A DNA stretch of 64,000 bases from Geosiphon pyriformis uo1. Its lineage: Eukaryota > Fungi > Glomeromycota. Shown here one piece after another: positions 25,301 through 38,160 of the stretch; the first letter of the stretch is position 1, and each line of letters starts with the position of its first letter. The notes beneath the pieces are model-generated. The model was not told the DNA's origin and did not search any database. It saw nothing but the letters and a program-made list of their open reading frames with translations. Position numbers and translations under genes: made by a program. The stretch is taken from positions 186,001 through 250,000 of the forward strand of contig JAAOMT010000067.1 in assembly GCA_016748015.1 (NCBI GenBank). Reading direction: 5' to 3'.

Positions 25301-27051
25301 GGACGGGTATTCATAAGAATGCCCTTCCATTCATATGGTTTAGAAATCATTGACACCCAAGCTTCCTTCCAAGGTCCAGGTACAGATTCATGTTCCAAAC
25401 AAAAATTCAGCAATAACAAAAGCATATCCAAAACCATTCTATCACAGTGTTTCCACAATTCATTGAAGATACCAGAAAGACCAGCCGCCTTACCATCAGG
25501 CAAATTAGAGACAACTATAAGCAATTCATCAAAACCAATTGAACATATTACTTCAGAGAAGGCATCATCAAAAACATAGTCCAAAGACTGAAATTGGCAC
25601 ACCCAGTCATCAGAAATATCTGGCATCACCGCACGCTTCCTAGTCCAACCTTCCATAATCTCATCGACCTTAGATTTAACCAAATCCAGCTTCAAGACCA
25701 ACTTTTCACCTGCGACCAAGTGATCCAGTACCACTTTATGGAAAGGATGCTTCAGAACACTTCTGATGATGTGTTTGTTGTTTACTTCAAAACTCTCCAT
25801 CCTCCTCTCAATAGTCTGCCTAATACGAGATTCCTCAGCACGCTTAGACTTCATTATCTTCGAAGAGCAGTAAACCTTTCTTGCCTTAGCCAGTTCAGAG
25901 CGAATAGCATCAAAACCAGAACCCAAAAAAAATAAAGACTTCACTGGCGAGGCGCCAACTGAGTCAAGCCTGTTCCATGTATTCAACAAAGAAGCAAAAT
26001 TCCCACCAAAAACCAGATGAGAGGCCTTAACCAGCTTAGACACAAGCAGTTCCAGTCTATGAAACTTAGAAGAAACCTTATTGAAAACACTACTATAACC
26101 CTTGAACTATTTTTTCTTGAACATCGCACCAGCTGAGAATATTAATATTTTGTGAACAATGTCTCATATTGTATCCTTATCCGAAAACTTTGTAGCTGCA
26201 ACAAATGCATCTGAAAGCATAGAAGCATTAGCAGCTGTAGCATTCTTAAACTCCAATCACTTCCCATCACTGGCATTTTTAACATTGAACTTCCAATGAT
26301 TTTTATTGGCCTGTTTGTGTAGTGACAGCAGCTACACATCCAACAAACCACCCAGACCCACAGAAACAGAAACAGTCTTATGATCAGTATCAAAAAAATC
26401 CTCAACACCCACCACATCATGATCCACAATTGCATTAACTAAACTAGAGAAGACCAACACGTAATCAATTGTCTTGGCAACACCACGAGAATTGCACTAT
26501 GTTGGTGACCTCACAAAAGCACTTCCACTTAGAGAGTTAACCAGACCCAAATCAAAACATTTCCTGAAACTGGCACATTTATGAGACCCATCTTCATTGA
26601 AATCGCCACCAAGAATGACAAAAGAAGTCTTATTCACAGCTTTGGCAATGAGAAAATTGATATCACTAGCCTGAGAAAACCAAACCAATGAAAACGCACC
26701 AGCATACAGCCCCAGAATAGACACAGAAAGCTTATTCCCAAAGAGCAGCCTTATTGACAACAGCCAACCAGATACCTCTGAAATCTTGCATACATGCTTT
26801 GCTAAAGAAGAGTCCATAATTATTGCAACACCAGATCTTATGTGACCAAAATCCAGACCAGAAGTAAAAACACAAACACCATCGAACTTATCGGCAATCC
26901 ACAGATAAACCATGCCTCTTAACTTTGTTTCAGTAACAATGGAGACCAAATTGTTCATGTCTTTATGCCAACATATAATGTCTGTCTGCTTCGCACAATT
27001 GTTCATACCTCTGATATTACACATGGCAATTTTCCAAATTAAGTGAGTTAT
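22384..27051 (-). pseudogene. LINE-b ORF2 (APE-RT-RNase H-Zn finger)
   Basis: CNIRG, ETKL, GGDFN, RPIALIE, AFVDDTIW, YLG, DSQ, HSGVPGNECAD, CLFC..NHVFSC. Confidence 0.9.
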
Positions 27052-28993
27052 TGAGAAGACAAGAGAAATGACAAACCCAAACCAGAGCACAGAATATTTA
27101 ACTTATTCAAAACTGAACCAACTGAGGCCTCCAAAGTAATCAACTTTGTTTCCAAACCACCCACTTTGGCAGTAAGGACTTTGGAACTACTAGAGCTGAA
27201 CTCAACAACAGCATTGTAAATGACAGGTGGAGGAGTATCAGATGAGACCAAAGCAGTATTCACAATCATATTAAAATTTACATCAGAAGTCAAAGTCTCA
27301 GAAACAGCAGAAAAAGAGCTCAGAGAAGGGGTCGCCGTAGGAACCAAACCAATAAATTCCAGTCGAACCAAAATATCAGAAATGCAATCAGTCAAAAGCT
27401 CCAAAGAGCACTCCAAAATTGCCAGCCAGTCATTTAAATGAGAAACAGTAGAAGAATCAGTCATTATTAAAGGAGTAACCAAACCAGAATGCAAACCAGC
27501 ACCAGCCAAACCAGAGAGAACCACATGAGAAAAAGAGCCACCAGCAATTTGGGCCCATGTTTTACCACCAAATGAGACTGGACAAGCAATAGGAGCTAAC
27601 TTTTTCTTATATATCTCAGCCAGATGAATCTGATCTTAATCAGAAACCACCCTCTTCTCACAAACACCAGAATTCTCATCCAAAGAACAGTTGATCGTAA
27701 CATGATCAAATTGTTTACAATGAGTGCAACTGGCCAAAGAAAGACCAGCCCAACACAAACTTACATCCTTGAAAACTGGAACAGTACCAATAGTAGCCAA
27801 CTTGGACACCTCATCACCAAAACAAATTATAGTACATCTATTATGAACATATAAATTAGGATTATGGCCAATAAAACAAGTCTTCCCACCATATAATTCT
27901 AACAAACTGGAAAGATCATAGGCAGTGGTGCCAACTGGAAGAGTATAAAACAAAGCCCGATGCTGATCCCTTGATACCCACGTTTGTTTATCACTGACTG
28001 CCAAAGCCACACACACCAAATTTTTTTCTATGAGGACTGATCATTTAGATGCAACCAGACTAGCTACTTCAGACAACTCAAACTCAACCAGAGCCTTTTG
28101 CCAAAGACCAATCAGCTGCATTTTGATTAAAACAATTTTGCCAAATTTAGAAAATGCTGAATCCACTGCCAATTTGGGAAGATTCACTGAGATCTCCTTG
28201 ACAATCACTTCCCGATCTGAACATCTGTTTACTTTCCTTAGATCATTATTTACCAAAATCTTCTTATTAATTGCCAATTCTCTTGTCTTAATCAAACTTT
28301 TTTCAGATGTAAATGAAGATCTTATTATTCCTGGAAATTTTGAAGAAGTCAAAGCTCCCCAAATCCATTAACTTGATAAAAGATTTTTTTAACTGCCATC
28401 AACTTATCAACATTTGTCTTCCCAGGCACTGCTGAAACCTCAATATCTAATGTGAAAGATTTTACTGGCTCGAAATTTCTTTTTTTCAGGGCACGTAATC
28501 TGATATACGGCACCTGATTGGCACCATTGACTATAGAGGGAGGAAGCTCCAGCACATCATCGTCATCACTCATATGGTCGAACAAAGGTCACTTTGGTGG
28601 GTTGCCCAGCACGTATGTTTAAGTACGATTCTTCCTTGGCGTATTTTCGTTCATGCTGTCGTCCTCACGAGATTCTGCATAGCTTGTCTCCTTGGCAACC
28701 AAGTTTGTCATATTTTCCACATCTGAAAGACCGCTCACACTACTTGCTATGCTACTAACATCACTACCTCAGGACACTACAGGTTTGGCACCAGCTTTAC
28801 CCAAATCTTCTAAGCTAATAGAGCCAGCAGACGTATTGACCATACTGCCAACAGCAGCAGGCTTTTTAGGTTTCTTGTAGGATGAACCACGTAAGTGAGC
28901 ACTCGCCAAACACTTAGATTTAACACCAAAATGGGTCCCCAAACCTGCCGAAACAGAACCTGAACTACCAGCAGAAGAGCCTGTCAGTTCCAT
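27048..28993 (-). pseudogene. LINE-b ORF1
   Basis: MELTGSSAGS... start; SKFPGIIRSSFTSE, TLPVGTTAYDL, CTHCKQFDHVTINC, coiled-coil end ...SSQ*. Confidence 0.8.
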
Positions 28994-29123
28994 GTTAATA
29001 TAAAGGAGTGTATTGAGAGAAATAACTTTAAGACAAAAGAGGAAAAAAGAAAAAAAAAGAAAGCTATTCTATCAGTTTACTTCTTGCTCTTATTATGGTC
29101 AAGGAATTGACGAGAGAAAAAGT

Positions 29124-31423
29124 TTTTTTATTTGATAAAACTTTCTTGTTTTATTATAATTATAAATAAAAAAAATTTGTTTAAAATAATAACAATAAAA
29201 ACACATTAATTAATTTTAATTTGAATTAATTTTTATTTGTGTTTTTAATATTTTATTTATTTATTTAATATATAGCTTAACTACTATTTAATACAATATA
29301 TTAAACTAAGTAACTTAAATTAAATACAGTTTACATATTTTTTATATGTAATTAAATACAAATTTACTTCAAATTAAATTATATTGGATTTAAAAAAAAC
29401 TTATTTTAAGAAAATATCTTATTTATAATAGCAATTAGTATATTACTATTTTTAATCAAGCTACTTAACTATTTAATAATTATATTTATATTAAATCTAA
29501 TATTATTAAATTAATACTCTTAAATAATAATTTTTATTTTGAATATTAAAAACCAAATTTTTAATTTTTATATGCAAAGCAGAAAAAGTATTTAAAAGAA
29601 TAACAACCAAAATAACTAAAAAACTGATTAGTTTAACAACAAATTTAATTAAAACAGCCAAATTTATAATTTAAGAATTCAAAAAATTTAATCTAGACTT
29701 AATAACAAAATCAAAAACAAATATAACCAAAAAAACAGCAAAAAAAAACCAAAAAAATAGAAATTTTAATAAAAAATTTCTTATTAACAAATAAAAACAC
29801 AAAAAACTTAAAACCAATACTTAATTTAATAAATAATTTAAAAAAATAATAATAACATTTTATAATCAACAAACAAATGCTTAAAACTTTGATATTTATA
29901 GCAATAATAGTATTCAAAAGTCTTTTATTAGATATAATACTTATGTAAAACATTAGTTTTAGCAATAGCAAGATTTAAAAAATCATAAAACTTAAATATT
30001 ATAAAAATATTAATAACAATAAGAATTAGAAAAATAAAAAATAAAACAAATATAATTATCAACTTAAAAAATCAAATTATTAATTTTAAAAGCAGTATAA
30101 CTAAAAAAAAATTAACTAATTTAATATTAAAAATATTTTTTGAAATTATAATTTTTTTTTGGTGTTACCAGAAATTTTTGGTTTTTTTTTTAAATATTGT
30201 TAATGCCTGTTTGTTGTAAATTTACGTTTTCTGAAAATAGTTGAATCTTTAATAATTAAATTTATCTTCAAATTATCTCTTATAATTTAAACTGCTAGGC
30301 TTATAAATAAAATAACCAATTTTATACCAGTTACTTTGTATAGTTATATTGTAATAAACATCAACTTTTTCCCAAAAATTGCTCATTTAAAAGCTTACTA
30401 AAAATATGTAATTACTTTGCAATAAAAGTTAATTTTTTTACAGAAATCTCATCTATAAACTACTTTAATAATTCTAATAAAAAATAAAAAAAATAAAAAA
30501 TTGTAAAAAAAATAGAGTTTCATTAAAAAAATTATTTTCTATTCAAATTTGGAGTCATTAACTGATTACTAAAATTAATAACTGATCAATTTCAAAATAT
30601 TAATTGGGTTTTTGGAAAATCTTAAGTACAAATAATTTAGAGAAGTAATTTTTAAAGTATGTTTTTATTTGAATAATAACAATAAAAATATATTGAAAGT
30701 AAGATAATTCTAAAAAAAAGTTATTTTTTTATACAACTTGTTGTAGTACTAGTCTATAAACTTGAATTTTTTTTTCATTATTATTTCGACAAACTAAAAA
30801 TATATTTTAATAAACTACAAGTTGTTTCTGTAAATTATAACTAATTTTGGTAAACTATTAAGATATTTCACAAATTTTTACAAATTTCAATAAATTCTTG
30901 AATATTATAAAGTTTAGGTTATTGTGTAATTTGATTATTTTAATTTCTATTGTATAAAATTGAGTTATTAATTAAATAGTAATATTTAATAATTTGATTA
31001 ATATAATAAGTAATAATATTAATATATGCCAATTAATAATAAAAATTATAAAGATAATTTTATGCTAATTTAATAACTAAAATTCTATTGATAACATTGA
31101 TTAAAAAGAAAAAAAATTCTAATATTGTTTTTTTTACTAATATAAATTAATAAGTAAAAACAGCAGCAGCAAAAAAAAAGTTCTTAAAAAAAACAATATT
31201 ATATTGTTATAAGTCAGCAAACTTTAATTTAATAAAAATAACAACATTAAAAACACCAAAACCATTTTTAATATTATTAAAAAATATGCTAAAAAAAATA
31301 TTAAAATTACAACAAAAATAAAAAAAAAGACCAAAAACCATTATAAAAGATTTTGTAATTTTAAGTATAATTAAAAAAAAAATTAATAATAATAATATTA
31401 TTATAAAAAAAAACAAAAAAAAA
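29124..31423. other. Extremely AT-rich tract between divergent LINE 5' ends
   Basis: Base composition; only spurious Ile/Phe/Lys-rich ORFs. Confidence 0.5.
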
Positions 31424-31563
31424 ACTTCTTTCTTTTGTTCTTCCACAAATCCTAAAAAAAGAGTCAAAAGTTTTTTTGGAAGAAGTTTTTTACTATTCAG
31501 TACGATAAATCCAAACCATTTCTGCTTGATTACGAGGCTGTTGTTGGCCCTAGTATTGCTGTC

Positions 31564-33357
31564 ATGAAACAGATGGTTAAAAGTTCTGGCTCTGAGGGTG
31601 GTTTCAAGGCTGTTCTGTCAAGGAAAAAGAGAAGAGGCAGTGTTCTTGAGAACAATATTGGTGCTGAAGAGGGTTCTGCTAGGGTGCATAGTGGTCGTTC
31701 ATGGGGTTCAGAGACTGGTGATACCACCGAATCTGACAGTGTTGATATGGAAGAGGAATGTCTTGTTGAGGAGACAAGTTTTGATTATGGTGAAAGTGAT
31801 GCACTCGTTGGTGGAGATTTGGATCAAACGCTAAAAGGTTTGCAGTTGACAACTAGGAAAGCATTAGGAAAACCTTTGGGAAAGATCAACTTCCTGGATG
31901 ACAATGATAATGATGATGTTTTTCTGGATGTCTCTCTGGTGCTTCCCCCTTCTCTTAAGAACCTGGTCAATGTTTCGGTTAGGAAGTCATTTGCTTTGGA
32001 TTTAGATCTGAAAGCGGTAGAAAGAAATTCAGCTCAGGAGAAGCTCAAGAAGATCAGGAGTTTATTTTCTGGAATTAATGGTTTTGGGGGGGCGTCTACC
32101 TCCTCAAAATTCTCAAAGATTATCAGAGTGACATTCACTTCTGAATCAAGTCTAATGAAGGCCACTGAAAAGGCTACTGGTGCAAATATCATGGTAAACA
32201 CCGATCTTAAGAGATCATCTGGGCGATCCGATCAGGCTGTGGTCGTGAAAAAAATTCAAGTTGAAACATTAGCTGAGGCTGTGCGCGCTGCGCTATCTGA
32301 GTTTGGAGTTATTAAGGCGATCAAGATGCAGTTGATCGGGCTGTAACAAAAGGCAATAGTGGAATTTGAATGATCAGATCAAGCTAATTTGGCTGCAGCT
32401 GAGTGGTCTATCTTAATCGGGAAAGATGCTGTACGTGTGGCTAGGGCTGATTCAGACAAAGAAGCATGGGATGTAAGGGACCAACATAGGGTGCTGCTTT
32501 ACACATTGCCGATGGGGACCACTGCTCATGATATCTGGGACTTTGTTAGATCTGTGAGTGAGAAAACTTGCGTTATTGATCGTCATTCTATTACGTATGT
32601 TTGGGCCAGGTGTGCTATTGTTTGTTTTGACTCTGCTGAATCATTAGATGCAGCTGTGGGAACCACGCCAGTACTCAGGAACACCAATCTCCACTGGTCT
32701 TGCCTCATTTCTGCTAAATGCGCCAAGTGTGAGAAATTGGGTCACACGTCATTGGGTTGTGCAGTTGGTGGGAAATTATCTTCTGGTAGTTCACTGCGTA
32801 GGGTTTTCTCGGATACGGATAAAAGCAGGCTAGCAACTATCTATGCCAAACGCTCGGCTCCAGTTGTCCGTTTGGTCTTTTTTGGTGGTTTCTCTTGGGC
32901 AAAGGTTGCTCGCGGGTGTTCTTCGCCTCCCCTCTCTGGTCAGAACGTTGTAGTGAATAATGGCTCCTCTTCAGAGATGAAGCCGTCCCTACAGGTAGCA
33001 ATGGAAGTCAACGATAGGTTCGCCACTCTTGAGCGCAGTCTCGCCAGCCTCACGGAGCAAGTTGGTAAGCTGGCTAAGAAGTTGGATGCACTTGGGCCAA
33101 TGGTTCCCCAGCCTAGCCCTGGATGTCAGCCATTGGTGACCCCTTCATCACAGGATCAAGGGGCAGATGTAGTGATAAGTGAGGATTCAGGTGTGTCCAC
33201 TAGTGGTGGGAATGTTGCGGGAGCAGTGTCTTTTGATGTGTCTTCGGTGTCTAAGCTGGAAGACAGCATGAAGTGTCTAATGGAGACAGTCCTGGGCCTT
33301 TCGGCTAAAGTGGATAGTATAGGTGCACTTTTGGTGTTTCTACCCCTCGCCCAATAA
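31564..33357 (+). pseudogene. LINE-c ORF1
   Basis: Two same-frame ORFs; WSILIGKDAVRV, TLPMGTTAHDI, CAKCEKLGHTSLGC, coiled coil. Confidence 0.8.
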
Positions 33358-36300
33358 GCAGTTTGGTCTGGAAAGTTGCTACGTACAACATTAGGGGCAT
33401 GAACAATTCCACTAAGCAAGAAGACATTATTAGGTGGCATAAGGAAATGAACAATTTGGTCTCTATTGTTACTGAAACAAAATTAAGAAGTAGGGTTCGT
33501 CCGTGGATTGTAGACAAATTCAATGGTGTCCGAGTATTCACTTCTGGTTTGAACTTTGGGCACTTGGGTATGGGTGTTGCTGTTATCATAAACGTTTCTT
33601 TGGCTCATCATGTGTGCAAGGTTTCTGAGGTGCCTGGTCAGCTCCTTTCCATTAAATTACTTTTTGAGGGTAAACTTTCTGTGTCAATTTTGGGGCTTTA
33701 TGCTGGTGCTTCTTTGGTGGTTCAGTTCTCTCAGGCTGGTGAGATCAATTCTCTCATTGCGAAGGCTGTCAACGAATCTTCTTTCATCATTCTCGGTGGC
33801 AATTTCAATGAAGACAGCTCTCATAAAAGTGCGAGTTTCAAAAGATGCTTTGATTTGGGTCTGGTCAATTCTTTAGTTGGTAGTCCGGCTGCAAAAATAT
33901 CCACTTGAGAAAATTCTAGGGGTGTTAAGAAAACAATTGATTACATGTTTGTCTTCTCGTGTCTTGTTAATGCAATAGTGCATTGTGAAGTTTTGAATGT
34001 CAGTAAGCATTTTGACATAGACCATCAAGCTGTTTTAGTGGATTTGGGTTTGGGCGGGCTCTTGGATACATGTTTGAACTCTCTTCACAAGCAAGCGAAT
34101 AAAAACTATTGGAAGTTTGACGTCAATAGTGCCAGTAAAGCTAAGTGGTTGGAGTTCAAGGATGTCTCAGCTGCTAATGTCTCTATGTTCTCAGATGCTT
34201 TTGGTGTGGCAGTAAGATTTTCTGATGTGGATGCTATGTGGGACATTGTTCACAAGATTATGGTTCTTTCAATGGGTGGTACATTTAAAAGAAAATGGTT
34301 CAAAGGTTTTGATGGCGTGTTTACCAAGACTTCTTCTAGGTTTCACAAGCTGAAGCTGCTGGTTTCTAAGTTGGTTAAGGCTTCACGTTTGGCTTCTAGT
34401 GATGGTTTTGCTTCTTTGTTGGAGGTGTGGCACAGACTCGACTCCCCTGGTGCATTAGCAGTTAAGTCTCTGTTTCTTTCAGGTTCTAATTTTGATCTTA
34501 TTTGTTCTGCACTGGCCAAAGCAAGAAAATCATACTGCTCATTCAAATTTGTGGAATCCAAGCACGCCGAGGAATCATCAATCAAGCAGGCTATTGGTAA
34601 GAGGATGGAGAGTTTTGAGCTGAACAAGAGTCACACCATTAGGAGTGTTTTGGAGCATCCTTTTCACAAGGTGGTCTTGGATCATTTGGTTGTAGAAGAT
34701 GAGTTGATTTTAGAGCCTGTGTTGGTTAAGTTTAAGGTGGACAAAATTATGGAGGAATGGACCAGAAAACGTGAGGTGGTGTCTGACTTGTCTGAGAATT
34801 GGACTCGTCAATATCGGCCTCTGGATTACGTGTTCGATGGTGCTTTCTCTGATGTCATGTATTCGATTAGTTTTGATGAGTTGTCAGCTGTTGTTAAGGA
34901 TCTTCCTGATAGAAAAGCAGCTGGTTTTTCTGGTATCTTCAACAAATTATGGAAACATTGTGACAAATCTGTTTTGGATATGCTTTTGGTGCTTTTGAAT
35001 TTCTGTTTGGTTGGCGAGTTGGTCCCTGGGCCTTGGAGAGAAGCTTGGGTTTCAATGATTTCTAAACCATATGAATGGGAAGGTGTTCTCACAAACACCC
35101 ATCTTATAGCTTTAATTGAAATGGCCCGCAAGATTCTCTCCAAGATCCTTTCAAATAGGATCTCTTTGGCTTACAGCACTTTTGATGTTCTTCGTGGGGA
35201 CAATTTTTCGGTTTTGAAGGGTATGATGACACAGTCTCCCATTTTTGCTATCGGTTCTGTGGTTGAGGATGCCTTGGAGAAGAACCGTGAACTTTGGCTG
35301 GTTTTATAGAACATGCACAAGGCTTATGACTCGGTGGGTTGGGAACATCTTAGGAGGAGTCTAGTTAGGATCAAAATGTGTGACAGGTTTATTAGATTTT
35401 TTGGCAGTATTCACAATGGTTGCATCAACAGAGTGATGACTGACTTTGGCTTAACTGATGAGTATTGTGTCCACGATGGGCTGGACCAGGGAGAAGTTTT
35501 CTCGCCTCTTCTTTGGCGTATTTTTTATAATTCACTTTTGTGTGAGATCAAGAGACAGGATAGTGTGTATGGCTACAGGTTGAATTCTAATTTCATATCA
35601 AGAACTGGCCGGGCGGATCCTCAAGCTGGGCTGTCTTCATTTCTTGCTGCTGGTGCTTTTGTCGATGATACTATTTGGGTTGGTAGCAGCCAGGCTACTA
35701 CACAACGCATCCTTGATGTTGCTAGTAAGTTTTTTAGATTTAACAATATTTCTGTAAACAATAACAAAATAGTGGCCATCCCCATCAATTGCCGGGTGCT
35801 GGATCCTCATTTAACTATCAGTGGTGCGCCTATTTCCATTGCCAAGAGAGGAGAATCTCATCGCTATTTGGGTATTTTTTTGTCTTCAGAGGATCTTTCG
35901 AAGCCTAGCTTGGTTAAAACTCAGGCTGATGTACAGTTTTTTGTAAATCTTGTTTTGAGAAAGGCGATTTCGGACAAACAGTATGCATATTTGGTGTCTG
36001 CAGTTCTTTTCCCTATCATTAACTACAGGACTCAGTTCAGTTTTGTTTCTGTTGGTGTGTGTAATAAATGGGATGCTTTGGTATGCAAGGTCTTAAAGTC
36101 CAAGTCTGGATTGCCACGTGATTTTCCCAGTGATGCATTTCATCACCTCTCTTTGTACAATTTAAAAACTTTCGAACAGATCCAGGCTGAGAGCAAATCA
36201 GCCTTCGTTGTTGCTTTTGCAAATTCTACTGGTGTCTTGGGTCGCTTGTTTTCTCATAGGTCTCATGACCTCCAGGTTCTCAGCTGGCGTCCTCGTCATC

Positions 36301-38042
36301 CCTTGCTGTTTCCGGCTTGTGTTGGTATCAGTCCCTCAGATAATTTTTTGGCGGGTGTGGTTCACATTTTTTCTGGGTGTGATTTGTCTTTGGGAGGCCC
36401 TCTAGCTTGTGCTTTTCATCGTCAGCGTGGTATTCTTATGTCTTTGGTTCTTGGTGAATCCTGTTTTTTCAAGTGCGTCTTTTTGCTCAAGCGTTATGGA
36501 GTTGCTTTCGTGGAACAGCTTCGTGACTGTAATGGTGATGTTTTCAGTTGGGAGATCTTCAGGTGCTGGAAGAGGCTGGACCCTCGTGGCCCAGTCCCTT
36601 TCTGGTTTAATCTTTCCGTTCACTTTCTTGGTAGCGCTGTGCCTCTCTCCTTAAATTCCTCTTTAGTGGATGGTCATGCTGTGTCTGATATTCGTTTTTC
36701 TTATGATTTTGGTGTGATTCATGACACTTTGCCAACCATTGATGCTGCCCGCCTTTCTGTGTATACGGATAGATCTCTTTTTGGCCTGGGCACTGTTGAC
36801 ATGAGAGCAAGTGCTGCCGTTTTTTTTGAGGACATTAATTTGGGTTTGGGTGTAGGGGTGTCTGGTTTGGTTTTTTCTACTCTGACAGAACTGCAAGCCA
36901 TAGCTTTGGCCCTTGAGTGTGTTCTTTTTTCTTGTTCAATTGACTTGTTCTTGGATAGCCAGGCTGCTTTGGATGCATGTAGGTCGGAGTCTTTGCTGGC
37001 TCGTCTGGATTTCAGGAACTGCTGTTGGATTGAGCGTCGTTACATTGCCACCGTCATTCATCAAAAGAATTTGAATATGAATTGGGTTAAGGTGAAAGGT
37101 CATTCAGGTGTCTCAGGCAATGAGCATGCTGATACGCTTGCCAAAGGCGCTGCTCTCTCTGCTTGGTGCCTACCTCATTTAGTCAGTGAACGTCTTCTAT
37201 GTGCTGGTAGTACGGCAGTTTTTGGTAACTCTAGACACTTTGTTCGTGATGTTTTCCGGTCAGTTCATCAAGCTCGTTGGGAGATTGGAGTTGGTTCTCG
37301 TGTTGTGGATGATAGTTTATGTGCTGATATCAATTGGTCTAAGTCTTCTATGGTGTGGCACCCCAATTTTCATTTGGCATCTGGTTTTACCAGCATGCAT
37401 ACGGCAGACTGTCATACTTACTTTATGAAGGCTCTCTATCATTGGCTTCCTGTTGCAGTGCGCAAGCATTTATATGATAGGAGATACCCCAGTGTGGTCT
37501 GTCTGTTTTGTGGTGATGTTGAGACCTCAGATCATGTCTTTTCGTGTCTTCAGGACGCCGTTGGCCATGCTCGTTTGTTGGGCACACATGCTTCGGCTTA
37601 GGAGACTCTTTCTGGTCTTTCTCGCTCTTCTTCATGTGTCTTACAGGCCTTGGCTTCTTGTGTTTCTGAGATCGGAGTTGGTGTTGTTCTGTATAAGGGC
37701 TTTGTTTTCGATGAATAGTTTCATGAGTCTGTCTCAGTCTTTAAGGATTCTAAAGAAGGTGCTAGGAGGATTGTGAGCTTTGTGCGTGAGTTTTGTCTAG
37801 CATTTCGGGATGATGTTTGGTTGGTCCGGGCCAGACACCAAGCATTTATGGAAAGGCACGGTTTGATTCCACATGATGGCTCTACTTCTGCTTCAGTTTC
37901 TGGTTTGCCTATGGTGTTTTCGGCTGGTGTGGTCAGATTGCTGGGGGTGGCTGAGGCTTTTGGAGTTGGTTTCGGGTTTCGTAAGTTTTGTCCATTTTTT
38001 TTAGATATTGGAGATCTAGTTTCTGTGCATATAGATGTATAG
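33354..38042 (+). pseudogene. LINE-c ORF2 (APE-RT-RNase H-Zn finger)
   Basis: YNIRG, ETKL, KAYDSV, GLDQGEVFSPLLW, AFVDD, YTDRS (=DGS), KGHSGVSGNEHAD, CLFC..DHVFSC; single frame with a few stops. Confidence 0.92.
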
Positions 38043-38160
38043 TGTAGTTCTGACTGGCCTGAGTGGCTGGTCACGTGTAGAAAGTGCATGATTCATACCT
38101 AGTTTAGATCATGTGTATGATGTATAGCACTAGATTGCATTTGGACCTCACTCGTTAAAA
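38043..38160 (+). ncRNA. Structured 3' UTR element, LINE-c copy
   Basis: Homologous to 22080-22196. Confidence 0.6.

Larger units (their letters stand above)
22249..29123 (-). mobile_element. Full-length non-LTR retrotransposon (LINE-b), tail-to-tail with LINE-a
   Basis: Poly(T) on + strand at ~22250-22261, same 3' UTR, ORF2 and ORF1 on minus strand; starts ACTTTTTCTCTC. Confidence 0.92.

Noticed and set aside
29711-31467. Short hydrophobic ORFs in AT-rich DNA (also 8618, 10109, 38690, 59973, 61665)
   Set aside because: Compositional artefacts or LTR-internal frames with no motifs
38043-38160. tRNA-Ser(AGA)-like look of the 3' element (TGGCCTGAGTGG A-box-like, TAGAAA loop)
   Set aside because: No T-arm/B-box (GGTTCRA) and no 7-bp acceptor stem; not called a tRNA or SINE head
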